A stretch of 64,000 nt of DNA from a virus. Within the stretch, counting starts at the first letter, position 1, and every line of letters begins with the position of its first letter. A program made the translations under genes and the position numbers. This document shows positions 29,001-37,568 of this stretch, one piece after another. The notes under the pieces are model-generated. The model made no database searches and was not told where the DNA came from. It saw only the letters and a list, made by a program, of their open reading frames with translations. The DNA is taken from positions 8,965-72,964 of the IMG/VR virus record IMGVR_UViG_3300023202_000034; one strand, given 5' to 3'.

Positions 29001-32000
29001 GATCTCATGGAAGTTCTTTACTCGCTGTTCCCAGGCAATGAAGCCTACTCTGCAGAGATTGCGGCTGAGCGTGAAGCGAAAGCGATGGACCCTGAGTCTC
29101 TGGCTTCACAGGAAGAAATCGCTGCAGCACTGGACCTGTGGTTGGCTGACCTCAGTTCTGATGCCGTGAAAGAGCTTACTGGTAACGGTGTGATTGGTGA
29201 GGCCCTGATCCAGAAAGGTAGGAACCTCCGGTATATCGGCCACCAGTTCAGCTTGCATGGAAACCTGAACCAGGTGTTGGAAGAGTATCTGGATGGTGAA
29301 GCCAACGACCCGTTTTCGGAACTGGCTACCTTCAAGAAGGAATTGATTGCCCGTCTGCGCAACTACTCAGTAAGCACAAAAGACGTGCGATCTGCACCGG
29401 CCTCTACCGTGTCTAACTTGATTGATGCGCTGAACAGTAACAGCGTGATTCAGGCCAATTCGGAGCTCTCTCAGGATCTGGTACTGGTGCAGCAAACGAT
29501 CAACAGCGGTGTGTATGACGTTGTCGCCAGTATCGAAAAGATGCTGCCGACAGAACGTGCACAGCAAGTGCTGGCCACACTGAATCGTTATTACAACAGT
29601 GGTCGGGAACATCGGTTTGGGCTCCTGGGTGCACCATACCTTTCTCAGGACTCGGAGTTGGTTGCGTTTCTGGAGAAGAACCCGCAGACGACCACCAAGG
29701 AATTGATTGGTGCCATGAAGTCGGCCCTGAAGAAACGGAACAAAACGAGTGGACTGTCCCAATACGACCGCTTCATCAACCAAATGCTGAATCTGTTGTC
29801 AGGCTCGCTGCCAGGAGATACCAAGGTAGAACTGCTGACTGCGAACTCTGAAACCGCATTTGGTTACGCCTCCATGGAGATTGTGGAAGCATCGGCGGCA
29901 TACTTGCCGGGAGTGGGCATCATGGTGAAAAACACCGATTTCCAAAACGCTTCCGTTACCTACGAAACCCTGACGCACGAGATGATTCATGCGGCGGTTG
30001 TGGGGATTACCCGCAAAGCATTGCAGGGTGGGACGGTTATCCGTGGGGAAGAGTTGGTCACCGAGCAGGTGGTAAGTGACGAAACGGTTCAACTGGTCAA
30101 AGAACTGGAAGCCCTGCACGGCGAAGCCAAGAGATTCCTGGAAGAGCAGGGCGGTGCTTTGGCAAGCCGTTGGGCCTATGCCACCAGCAACCTGGATGAG
30201 TTCATTGCCTTCGGTATGTCCAACCAGGATTTCCAGAATGACGTATTGAAGAAACTTACCGTTGCCGATAAAGGTCGGGGCAACAAGCTGATCGACGGTA
30301 TGACTGCGTTCATCAACAAACTGGTGGGCATCCTGTTCGGTAAGAACGCGCCGGCAGATAAGCGCAATGGTTTGTACCAGATGGTGGCGAACACCACTGC
30401 CCTTATGAAAGCGGCTCGGGAAGACGCGCAGAAGACGCGTGGTATGGAGCTTCCAAAAGGTAAGCCGGAAGTTATTGCCATGCAGGGGCCGGACCCATTG
30501 GAGGAAGCCAAGACACTGACCAATGAGCAGGTGTTTGATCGACTGGCGGGTAACGCGCTGTCAGCGGATCGTCAGACTCACCTCAAAGAACTGCTCAACA
30601 GTATTGTTGAGAAACTCCATGGGCCTATGGGTGCCCTGGGTGCTCAGTTGCGTCAGGAAGCTGCCTACGGACCGGAGGACCGCTACCTTGAGAACCTGGT
30701 GAATGGAACTCTGCCGTTCTACTCCCGGACCCTTGGGGCTGAGCTGAAGATGACTCAGGCTGAAGGGTTTGTATTGGAGCAGGTTGAAATGACAGTGCGT
30801 GAAGCCCTGAACAGTGACCGTGCTGCGTATGAAGGTATGGCCAAGTTGTTCCGGGAAGCACGGACACAGATTCGTCCGGAAGATCTGCCGGCCGGCGCAC
30901 ACAAGTTTATCTTCACACCTCAGAAGCAGGACGGTGAATCCACCTCAGATTACCTGAGTCGATTTGCTGCCCTGTCCCTGGTGTACAAACCACTGAACGA
31001 CAAGATGCAGTTTGCCACGGCAAAGACGGTCCCGAGCTTGCGAGGCAAAAAACTGGGTGAAATCGTCAAGACGCTCTTTGCCCGCATATTAGAAATCCTG
31101 AACGGAAAGATGACCAACACCTTTGCCGGTCAACAAGCGGATGCCAAGGCAGTCAGCCTGGTGCGTCAGCTGGTGAACAATGAGGCCAAGTACCGGGAAT
31201 CCGCAGCACTGAGAAAACAAACCTTGGACAACGCTGAGAAGGGTGCTTTCCAGAAGCTTTCCGATGCAGCCAGGGAAAAGGCAACCCAGTTTGCGGAATC
31301 CAACCCGATTGCCAATAACAGTAACGTGTTTGTGCGTTCTTTCGGAGTGATAACTTCAGCTGTGGCCAATGACCGTGTGCGGGAACTGTTCGACGGATTG
31401 GAAGATGTCAGGAACAAGATCTATGCCGGCCAACGCCAGGGCATCTGGGCAGCAGTGGCTACGGAATTCAAAGGTGCCAATGAGACCAACCTGACCGCGC
31501 ATCAGCTGTTGCGTATTGCCAAACACAATGAGCAGACGCGTAAAATCGTTAAGGAACAGATAGCCAAAGGGGTACTGGAAAGCTTCGATCCAAACCACAA
31601 ACTAACTGACCTGGAAAAGAAATCCCTGACCAAGGTGCTGTTGCGTACTGATATGACGGCACTGCTGGGTGATGGTGATTCTGGTTTGGGTACCTACGAC
31701 CTGACGACGCTGACACGCATGGTTTCCGATGAACAATTTCTGGATTCCGAGATCAAGAAACTGGAGAAGGCCATTGCCCGGGAGCAAAGTAACACCCGGT
31801 ACTATGTGGCCCAAGCCAGAAACACCGGGTACTTCCTGGCAACGGGACGGAATGCCAGCGCCAACCTGATGCAGAACGCACATAGCATTGTGTACCTGAC
31901 AGGTACCGGTAACAAACGTAACAAGCCCAGCTTTTCACACGCAAAGACTCTGGAACCCATGGTGGATCGTCTGATCTCCCTGAACGCGTTGAAATATACC

Positions 32001-33947
32001 GATGGGGAACTGCGAGACGTTGCGGCCAATGTCATGAAACGTGAGCTGTCCCGGGGCACTGAAAGCGGTATCGAGATGGTTCTGAAAACGCATGAGCGGC
32101 TGAAGCGTGAAGCCATGGACAAGCTGTTTGATGACGGCCCTGCGTTGTTCCGTAAAGGCTACACCAAGGAAATATACGATCCGTACAAGGAGGTAGTACT
32201 GGCGCCGGTGAGTGAGCGGGACGATCTGATCAAGCGTGGGTATGTCCCAGGAGCTGTTCTGGAGCAAGATCCTGCGGACCCGGATCGTCACAATCCCAAG
32301 CAGTTGTTCGTGATGCACGATGCAGGGCTCAAGAGCCGAGTGACAGGAATCTATTCAAATACCGACATGCGGGTACGGGGTACCACCATTCACTCTGGTT
32401 TGCAGTCGGTGTCCGGTGAAGGGCTGGTCAGCGTCCGTCAGGATATGAATACTCAGGTTGCTGCAGCACTGAATTCAGATATCCAGGCATTGTTTACGGC
32501 ACCGGATAATTACAATCCTGAGCGGGTAACCGGTGCCAGGATGGCACCTGTCGTCAACAACATGGGCCAGATTGTGAACTATCGGTACATGATGCAGGAG
32601 AAAACAAAAGACCTACTGTTGAACCGTAACAATGCCCTGGAAGAGATTCTGGGTGGTATGGCGGCCAACATCGTAGACAAGGTCTCCAGTCGGGAGCATA
32701 ACAACCGTGCGGTTGAAGCCATGCATCAACAGTTCCGGGAAGAGTCTCCGTTACGTCCGCATGCGTTTGTTCGGGTAAGTGCAGAGAGTGAAGACCCTAC
32801 CGTGCGTGAAGCATGGAATCTGATACCTGAAGGTACCAAGCATCATATTCGTAAAGTGTGGGGAAGAAATGAAATGTGGGTAAGGGCAGATCTGTATGAC
32901 CTGCATTTTGGGTACCGCAAGCTGAGCTTGACAGACCCCTGGAAGGTGGCAGAGGACGAGCGTTCTGTCCAGCAAGCCATGGTGGTTGCGACGTTTGAAG
33001 CGTTCCTGGGTAAGAAAGCCGCAATGCGCCTGGCGAAGGCTGAGAACATTTGGGAGGAGTTGGTACGGGAAGTGAAAGATATCTGGGTGATCAAGAGTGT
33101 GGTTACCTTGATTGTCAACATCAGCAGTAACGTCACTGAGTTGTTCTGGTTTGGGGTGAACCCACGCAACATGCTCCGGGATCACCGGGAAGCGTTGCAA
33201 GGTATCTTGTCATACCAGCGGGACTCCAACGAGAAAATCCAGTTGGAGAACATGCTGGCGTCTGGTTACATGACTCAGCCCCCTGAAGAAATTCAGGCTC
33301 GCCTGGTTGAGCTGGAAGATTCCATTAACCGGAACCCAGTGAAGGAACTGGTCGATGCAGGCATCTTCCAAACCATTGTTGAAGACGTAGATGCAGAATC
33401 CAGTGATTACAGCTACAAGTCCAGACTGTTCCGGAGAGTTCAGGGGCTGACGGACAAGCTACCAGAGACAGTAACTGCTACAGGTAAAACACTCTATATG
33501 GCCCATGACACTCCGCTGTATAAGCTGATGTACCAGGGAACGTCTTTGAGTGACTTCACCGCCCGTTATGTGCTGTACAAGCACCTGACTACTCGTGATG
33601 TAGAACCTATGGCCAAGGAAGAGGCCATCCAGACCATCGTAGACGCCTTTGTGAACTACGACATTCCGACACACAAGGGTTTACAGTACATTAACGATAT
33701 GGGGATCATTCCTTTCACCAAGTACTACATCCGGATTCAGAAGGTACTGATGACGTTGTACCGGGAGAACCCAGCCAGAGCATTGGCAGTAGCAACCTTT
33801 GGTTGGTTCTTCGACAGCATGGGTGTACTGACAGACTCCGGTATCTGGAACAAGGCAGACAACCCACTGGGTAATGGCGCCTTTGACTACATTGATGCAG
33901 TAGGTGACATTGGTACAATCAAAGCAGCAATGTCTATTGCAGGGTAG
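23046..33947 (+). CDS. Virion-encapsidated RNA polymerase (N4 gp50-like), 3633 aa
   Basis: Size; motif A EIDGVTNGPM, motif B RNAVKTPLTAMVFGS, motif C NIHDA; no Cys noticed on reading. Confidence 0.95.
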   Translation: MDIMDELGSLLNDKSTPLDRVIQRRNQKEQDVIDAAFKNVEALDRIHKANERRLQPDAQVGALGTDSDTVRLGVGGAMSGTGSVLAAPGWILDQAGQLIESGLMAAGLEDQVRAVNQKFVDWGISAPSEAFKGVGGWLKEGGQELQKAVDASTQYSFDQSTPTGDITDTSSWSLGENPSLEGYGLQLTKILGEFAPQAAGLVARSPEKAMQIMGAIGGLQAGEGQASDTVDAIMQMDEATLTEASDLYRELREDTPELTHEQAQQEVARTAGAASFMGGALVGTAGGAATGYILKPLQGKLQGNVLGRATKSVGLSAGEEALQEVGETVTGRAASNLAAGMDRDLTEGTFGDAVLGGSFGGGLGALGTTADEVGRIAEKVSAAMPQTDFSTKEKDIVAAAESGNIDKFLDPEDKKNYSPLNALGAMVIRARRDDVPEAEKRELKASMQNMITTLEQDAVKLQRQIDQHLPETIESTRQKLQTREQKLATAETEQERVQLRDDIEFLKESLDAIENVDPKRIKAMEAELKGINSQISEAQAMFSQVPGAEATADDVDALKATAGITPTDAPVSSTERTQAAKELTIVAMQNPDLLSTQDVETLVGDDTNGLSEDDRQFLRTLSQAQLAANLAQDMTGARRGVMQGTDGFIGIRQYQARMANAVRAKNDTVAKAQLTGLRKFRESHEAKANVFEKALEQTNKTGKPVIVARGKGHTDWKITQRKSLTDTFRNFGAIRIRPDSTRLVATVAQEREALKAAEAMLNAAYTLGFSQNASVTEQPEAVSDTPESTESPVAEETVNESEQSEAPEPESVEATPETSEAEPEPTQAAEPVAEPTLRERVEQPESGTDGEVEAELEPVNPEPESEVPTEAGEVRYEEGTLAVFKQKAAAITGKLTDEAFRKLNLVRQYFTQTSKKDSDVTERPLVVQKDFLSALIQDESVADLFVDARRYGSFDGSGLSEAQYAAIRDFASKAKDWNEYLETELINYDIKEQFYYRDLFHHLRDGQPTEENIKTAISYAAYSWLIDNASRPALATDEEINTILHRRPEHEVIDTERAEFGYIGTSDKLVINTLGQKVVQALGIRGTKDTPANLVSQLESSLGVYAMQLLAEQELVERHQVTSASFSREPGDADDATISGDYVTHPFVRLARKENLKPVDVIEAIGVANRNTQSILSHLMGVESGSFEPEFVEPEFNQAFTKGTKQRVPKRQQKIEAKKGKYAYQVRSTMFGLWDALDLGTKRTIVGVKDLDNKAVHKVNKLSAEGFNEGLDREIFLFDEFASKEEHRNRPFWLIGNIWKQQRVGLKSNTINPQASKIHRFLVSMTGWKVSVDTRLDSPSNRMFRLNVATGLGIKTDKQAVETSLKRLDEKLNDNPILLDAVEVIKQNLLGEPLSEAEQATLVEAVRVGGEAMHTMDALLGLAQWELAVDNGESSFETDMMLEIDGVTNGPMLAQLQLGAAPSAGELNEILNKGGMYELGSDYTNFNTWKEEAKQPDLYETLAKDIAEAMQAVIQGADAWKAQNFVSLNRFMDGLFDANSKKVTIGRNAVKTPLTAMVFGSSINNAIKSMAEEFVQGIYDRIEADANLPEGERSAATKETLKHINALLKPGFKKGVTPLSENMTTDQLLEFTFDKEQLKTINDMFRWNVGKHVEGVMEHRFGLFMGRRRELNRGAQLAFYLYDTVYQYYREKVIKELVNSGDIPVNVTKNGNTLYRYDLTSAQEQLVEQRVRAAMPMVHTPLSKDSKDLGAGLFIGKTERSVAKDADTAYTQKVEFKKRKDKTRYVDGRGMKRQMVDPGIATLIMMIHSSDSAISSYAAEQLQALNIHDAHGLSLNDAAEGGKNLNKATYEVMRDYSAPLEIHEALVRTIRGLKSLGEDLVSDPELRERFVALSQELHKSKLNGLIEPVDDINPDNGDVFRYILKQTERAAFASEYTKLQNMAQSKAYNQYAFEGGEYLVTDADRAKALENLDALDARPANKGDRDLMEVLYSLFPGNEAYSAEIAAEREAKAMDPESLASQEEIAAALDLWLADLSSDAVKELTGNGVIGEALIQKGRNLRYIGHQFSLHGNLNQVLEEYLDGEANDPFSELATFKKELIARLRNYSVSTKDVRSAPASTVSNLIDALNSNSVIQANSELSQDLVLVQQTINSGVYDVVASIEKMLPTERAQQVLATLNRYYNSGREHRFGLLGAPYLSQDSELVAFLEKNPQTTTKELIGAMKSALKKRNKTSGLSQYDRFINQMLNLLSGSLPGDTKVELLTANSETAFGYASMEIVEASAAYLPGVGIMVKNTDFQNASVTYETLTHEMIHAAVVGITRKALQGGTVIRGEELVTEQVVSDETVQLVKELEALHGEAKRFLEEQGGALASRWAYATSNLDEFIAFGMSNQDFQNDVLKKLTVADKGRGNKLIDGMTAFINKLVGILFGKNAPADKRNGLYQMVANTTALMKAAREDAQKTRGMELPKGKPEVIAMQGPDPLEEAKTLTNEQVFDRLAGNALSADRQTHLKELLNSIVEKLHGPMGALGAQLRQEAAYGPEDRYLENLVNGTLPFYSRTLGAELKMTQAEGFVLEQVEMTVREALNSDRAAYEGMAKLFREARTQIRPEDLPAGAHKFIFTPQKQDGESTSDYLSRFAALSLVYKPLNDKMQFATAKTVPSLRGKKLGEIVKTLFARILEILNGKMTNTFAGQQADAKAVSLVRQLVNNEAKYRESAALRKQTLDNAEKGAFQKLSDAAREKATQFAESNPIANNSNVFVRSFGVITSAVANDRVRELFDGLEDVRNKIYAGQRQGIWAAVATEFKGANETNLTAHQLLRIAKHNEQTRKIVKEQIAKGVLESFDPNHKLTDLEKKSLTKVLLRTDMTALLGDGDSGLGTYDLTTLTRMVSDEQFLDSEIKKLEKAIAREQSNTRYYVAQARNTGYFLATGRNASANLMQNAHSIVYLTGTGNKRNKPSFSHAKTLEPMVDRLISLNALKYTDGELRDVAANVMKRELSRGTESGIEMVLKTHERLKREAMDKLFDDGPALFRKGYTKEIYDPYKEVVLAPVSERDDLIKRGYVPGAVLEQDPADPDRHNPKQLFVMHDAGLKSRVTGIYSNTDMRVRGTTIHSGLQSVSGEGLVSVRQDMNTQVAAALNSDIQALFTAPDNYNPERVTGARMAPVVNNMGQIVNYRYMMQEKTKDLLLNRNNALEEILGGMAANIVDKVSSREHNNRAVEAMHQQFREESPLRPHAFVRVSAESEDPTVREAWNLIPEGTKHHIRKVWGRNEMWVRADLYDLHFGYRKLSLTDPWKVAEDERSVQQAMVVATFEAFLGKKAAMRLAKAENIWEELVREVKDIWVIKSVVTLIVNISSNVTELFWFGVNPRNMLRDHREALQGILSYQRDSNEKIQLENMLASGYMTQPPEEIQARLVELEDSINRNPVKELVDAGIFQTIVEDVDAESSDYSYKSRLFRRVQGLTDKLPETVTATGKTLYMAHDTPLYKLMYQGTSLSDFTARYVLYKHLTTRDVEPMAKEEAIQTIVDAFVNYDIPTHKGLQYINDMGIIPFTKYYIRIQKVLMTLYRENPARALAVATFGWFFDSMGVLTDSGIWNKADNPLGNGAFDYIDAVGDIGTIKAAMSIAG

Positions 33948-34003
33948 TAAAGAACAATCAGGAGCCTCGACACCGGGGCTCTTGATTATCCTCTGATAGA
34001 AAG

Positions 34004-34033
34004 AAGAAAGCCCCCTGTATAGGGGGCTTTCAC
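34004..34033. terminator. Bidirectional terminator between the late and replication blocks
   Basis: GAAAGCCCCCT-GTAT-AGGGGGCTTTC. Confidence 0.7.
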
Positions 34034-34048
34034 TTTTCGGTCATACAC

Positions 34049-34231
34049 TTATGTCGTTACATCATCATCTTTATCCGTGAAGAACCAGTAGATCAACAGG
34101 GTAATGACAACAGCAATAGCGACGTAGGGGAGTATAACCAAAAAGACGGAGATTGCCAGCACGACCAAAGCCACAAAGGCAAGAAGTGCAACAGCAATCA
34201 CCGTGTAGCTGATCGCTTTAAAGACGGACAT
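34049..34231 (-). CDS. Small membrane protein
   Basis: 60 aa, almost entirely hydrophobic with an acidic tail. Confidence 0.6.
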   Translation of the reverse strand: MSVFKAISYTVIAVALLAFVALVVLAISVFLVILPYVAIAVVITLLIYWFFTDKDDDVTT

Positions 34232-34240
34232 TCGTCCCCC

Positions 34241-34582
34241 TTAGCGGCTGAACAAGCTCATGTCTGATTTCTCAACAGAATCTGTTTGAGAATTGGGCAG
34301 AGGCTCGCTTGCTGCTTCTTCCGCGTCAGATTGTTCTGTTTCGTCAGCTTCAGTTGCTTTAACTTCGTCTGTATTAACGGTTTTGGGCTCAACAACCGCG
34401 TCGTCAGCACAGCTGGCAACGAAGCCTGGTGTACCTTCGGCGCATTCAACTTCGGCACTAAGGCCTGAGTCTTTGCGGCCCATGGTGAACGAGATGTTAC
34501 TCACCGGTCGGGCAACACCCTGACTGGCCAGAAACATGGCGATGGCTTCTTCAATGTCTTTTTGCTTAAGACGGATTTCCAT
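34241..34582 (-). CDS. Conserved N4-like hypothetical protein
   Basis: MEIRLKQKDIEEAI..FTMGRKDSGLSAEV, ends SLFSR; follows the resolvase. Confidence 0.7.
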   Translation of the reverse strand: MEIRLKQKDIEEAIAMFLASQGVARPVSNISFTMGRKDSGLSAEVECAEGTPGFVASCADDAVVEPKTVNTDEVKATEADETEQSDAEEAASEPLPNSQTDSVEKSDMSLFSR

Positions 34583-35186
34583 AAACGAGGTCTCTCATTT
34601 TGTCTGCGTTAACAGGGGTGGCTTGAATAAAGGGGAGGATGTTCAGGAATTCAGTGGTCTGAAGTCCTGCCTCAATAGCACCGATGGCATCAGCCATGTG
34701 CTCGGCCTTGGAGGCACTGACGGAGGTAACCCCGTTTCGTGTCACCATTGGCCAGTTAGCGTTGGGATGGAGCTTCACAGCTCGATCAATGATTTCGGCT
34801 TTGGAGGCAGTCTTACTGCCCACCGTGGCCAGTTTGACTTCAGTCGGGGTCACCTCAAAGAACTGAATACCCTGGGCACGTAAGGCACCCAGGACACCGA
34901 CACAGATGCCATAGGAAGCCATGGCTCTGGCAGACTGGCTACCCACCGGGACTTCCACGAAAACACACTGTACGTCTTGAGAAGCCAGTGCAGCCTTGAA
35001 GGCCAACTGTCTTGCTCGCTCCAGATCTTTACTGTTTTGCCTGACCGTTTTACCGGTGGCGAAATCAGGATTGATCAGATCCAGGGTGTGTACCGTCAGC
35101 TTCTTGGTTTCGGTGTCATAGTGGCCTTTGGCCAGTCCCCAATTGTTCAGGGACGGGTCGAAACCACAGACGGTTATTAAGCTCAT
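34566..35186 (-). CDS. RuvC-like Holliday junction resolvase (206 aa)
   Basis: GFDPSLNNWG, FVEVPVGSQSARAM, EHMADAIGA; start ATG 35186 with GGAG RBS, ATGA overlap with the HNH stop. Confidence 0.85.
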   Translation of the reverse strand: MSLITVCGFDPSLNNWGLAKGHYDTETKKLTVHTLDLINPDFATGKTVRQNSKDLERARQLAFKAALASQDVQCVFVEVPVGSQSARAMASYGICVGVLGALRAQGIQFFEVTPTEVKLATVGSKTASKAEIIDRAVKLHPNANWPMVTRNGVTSVSASKAEHMADAIGAIEAGLQTTEFLNILPFIQATPVNADKMRDLVYGNPS

Positions 35187-35737
35187 ACGGTACTCCAGGT
35201 TCTTCCGGACTTGATCGCACTTATTGCGGCATCTGTCACACCAAATTTGTCTGCAAACGCTCGACCCATACCACGCTTCCAATGGGGTAAGGCTGATTTA
35301 ATTTCAGCAACCTGGATTTGGGTTAGTGTTGCTTTTGCGATCGCTTCACCACGTGCTTGAGTACCGTGGTTGCAACGATCTTCAGCGTTCGATTTGACAG
35401 TATCCCAGCGAAGATTTCCTGGAGTATTGTTTTGTGCCTTACCATCGTTATGACATGCCTGAGCATCAGGAAAAGGACGTTGACCTTTGAAAGCCAGCAA
35501 TACCAATACGTGTACCGGTACCCACTTTGGTGATTCACCATCGGGCGCTACTGCAGCACGTAGGTACTTCTTACCTTTACTATTACTCAAGTTGAGCATG
35601 TGAGGTTCCGTACTTAAGCCTCCCCGACCATTACGGCTTTTGTATGATCGGATGCGTCCAAGAGAAGACGCCTCATACCCAGTAAAGCCAGGTATAGGGC
35701 GCCACTCTTCCATCCCTAATACAGAGATCAGACTCAT
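35183..35737 (-). CDS. NUMOD4-HNH homing endonuclease
   Basis: EEWRPIPGFTGYEASSLGRIRS (NUMOD4), VHVLVLLAF..CHNDGKAQNNTPGNLRW (HNH), C-terminal HTH. Confidence 0.9.
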   Translation of the reverse strand: MSLISVLGMEEWRPIPGFTGYEASSLGRIRSYKSRNGRGGLSTEPHMLNLSNSKGKKYLRAAVAPDGESPKWVPVHVLVLLAFKGQRPFPDAQACHNDGKAQNNTPGNLRWDTVKSNAEDRCNHGTQARGEAIAKATLTQIQVAEIKSALPHWKRGMGRAFADKFGVTDAAISAIKSGRTWSTV

Positions 35738-35994
35738 GACAGTTTACCGCTCTGCGGGTTGCCAACTGTGTTTGGCGGGATTTCCAGGTACCCTTCTTCA
35801 AAGGCCTTCTTGGGAGACCAGGAATGGTACTCATCCGACGTGCCTTTGTAATAAATCACATGGTAACCGTCAGCCGAGGAGTCGACTTTCCCGGGTAACG
35901 GGAAGGGACGTACATTGGCTACAAAGTCCCCCAATGTCATGGGCTCTGCGTGAACCTGTTTGATTGACTGGTAGCGTTTCAGATTGCCGCTCAT
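35734..35994 (-). CDS. Conserved hypothetical phage protein
   Basis: KQVHAEPMT..GYHVIY..SWSPKKAFEEGY. Confidence 0.7.
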   Translation of the reverse strand: MSGNLKRYQSIKQVHAEPMTLGDFVANVRPFPLPGKVDSSADGYHVIYYKGTSDEYHSWSPKKAFEEGYLEIPPNTVGNPQSGKLS

Positions 35995-36326
35995 ACGATT
36001 GGTTTCTCCCCATTCAGTTGAGCGTACAGTCTATACCCTTCCAGCTCCCACAGTCGCTTGCTGACCTGTTCCCGGGCATTACGCTCAGCAATCGTCCGTC
36101 CCAGCTCTGCATCAAAGTTTTCTGGTGATACACAGGCACTGTGACCGGTTGCCAGGTAAAACTTCTGATCCAGATAGGCATGACAGAACGTGCTAGTCGT
36201 TCCGGCAGGCTGAGAAAAGAAAAAAGATACACGACTCATCATGGTAAAGATGTGGTCTACCGTAACCCGGGGAGCAGTCAGACCCTTGTCCTGAATCTCC
36301 TGCTCTACTGCTTGATCGTTCGACAT
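35991..36326 (-). CDS. Phage Gp49/Gp66-family protein
   Basis: LTAPRVT..GHSACVSPENFDAELGR..LWELEGY. Confidence 0.85.
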   Translation of the reverse strand: MSNDQAVEQEIQDKGLTAPRVTVDHIFTMMSRVSFFFSQPAGTTSTFCHAYLDQKFYLATGHSACVSPENFDAELGRTIAERNAREQVSKRLWELEGYRLYAQLNGEKPIV

Positions 36327-36384
36327 CGGGTTTCCTCAGTCGGTGAATGTCAGGGGCTGATATCAGCCCCCGTGGATTCAGAGA

Positions 36385-37146
36385 TTACTGAGCAAACAGA
36401 CTGGTTGGCTGCGCCTTATTGGCCGTGGCCGCAGCTGCCATTGGGGCACCTGCTTTGGGTGCGCCGGCGGTGCCTGAAACACCTTTGGAACGATCACGAA
36501 CTTGACCGGCCCACTTCTGTTCCCAGGTGTTGTAGAACACGGCTTCTGTAGCGCCACCCTGTATTTCCATAACAGTCTTCTTGTCATGGTCTTCCAGTGC
36601 ACAGAAGAACTTATCGATCTCGTTCTTCTCGATGGTTTCGCCCGTTGCGTGATACTCACCGTCAGTACCCTTCTGGGACTTGTCTTCAATCTGCTTGAAG
36701 ATAGCGACGTACACTTCTTTGCCCAGCAGATCCATCAGCATATCCACAGAAGTAGGTACTTCTGCTTTGGCTTCTGGGCTGTAGAGATTGATGGTTTTCT
36801 TCTCAGTGTCCATCGCGGCAATTTCCTGGCCGGTGGTCAGCTGGCACAGGCTGTTGGCCAGGTTGAAGCCAGGCAGATACTGCTTGTCACCGTTCTTGTC
36901 GATGAAGAAGTTCTTATTGCCTTTGGCATCACCGGAAGCCATCCACAAGGTTTGGCGGACTTCACGACCGGCGCTGGTCATCAGGTGCAGTTTCAGGCCC
37001 AGGGCGCCACCAGCAGACTTCTGCAGGTAAGCCAGGGTAATGGTGGTCTTGTAGATCGCGGTATCCAGTGGGCTAAAGTCACCGCCTACAACGTCCTTTT
37101 CGCCTTGAATTTCATCAGAGGTAGTCAGGTTAGAGAGAAGGCTCAT
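36385..37146 (-). CDS. Single-stranded DNA-binding protein (N4 gp45-like)
   Basis: KNGDKQYLPGF..NEIDKFF, C-terminal SLFA; synteny. Confidence 0.85.
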   Translation of the reverse strand: MSLLSNLTTSDEIQGEKDVVGGDFSPLDTAIYKTTITLAYLQKSAGGALGLKLHLMTSAGREVRQTLWMASGDAKGNKNFFIDKNGDKQYLPGFNLANSLCQLTTGQEIAAMDTEKKTINLYSPEAKAEVPTSVDMLMDLLGKEVYVAIFKQIEDKSQKGTDGEYHATGETIEKNEIDKFFCALEDHDKKTVMEIQGGATEAVFYNTWEQKWAGQVRDRSKGVSGTAGAPKAGAPMAAAATANKAQPTSLFAQ

Positions 37147-37205
37147 AATGATATTCCTTTGGTTTCAATGATTTCGGGTTTTGGTTTTGTGAGTGGTGCC
37201 GGGGG

Positions 37206-37568
37206 TTACCCGGCTACCTTGTCGACACGTTGCTGAGCATGAGAATCGGTGTAGCTCAGGGAGTGGTAACGCTTCGACAGTTTGGTGATGTTAGCTTCCA
37301 GGGTTTCTTCCCGGGTAATACCGAGGCGGGACCGCAATCCTTCCATGTAGAATTCCAGGTCACCCAGTTCCTCAATGACGTTGTCACGATCCAATGGCTT
37401 GCGATAGATCACGGCTTTCTTGACCGCATCCAGCAATTCACCGGATTCGCCGGCAATGCCTACCGCCATGTGGAGGTTGTGGGCGTCGTCACCGGTCAGT
37501 TCCCGGGCAATGGTGTCACCGTATTTGGCCAGGGCTTGAACCAATTCAGGATGGGTAATCTGGGTCAT
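37206..37568 (-). CDS. MazG-like nucleotide pyrophosphohydrolase
   Basis: GIAGESGELLDAVKK..EELGDLEFY..NITKLSKRY. Confidence 0.85.
   Translation of the reverse strand: MTQITHPELVQALAKYGDTIARELTGDDAHNLHMAVGIAGESGELLDAVKKAVIYRKPLDRDNVIEELGDLEFYMEGLRSRLGITREETLEANITKLSKRYHSLSYTDSHAQQRVDKVAG

Noticed and set aside
35187-35282. Longer resolvase start given by the ORF track
   Set aside because: It overlaps the HNH gene; ATG 35186 has the RBS and the expected N-terminus.
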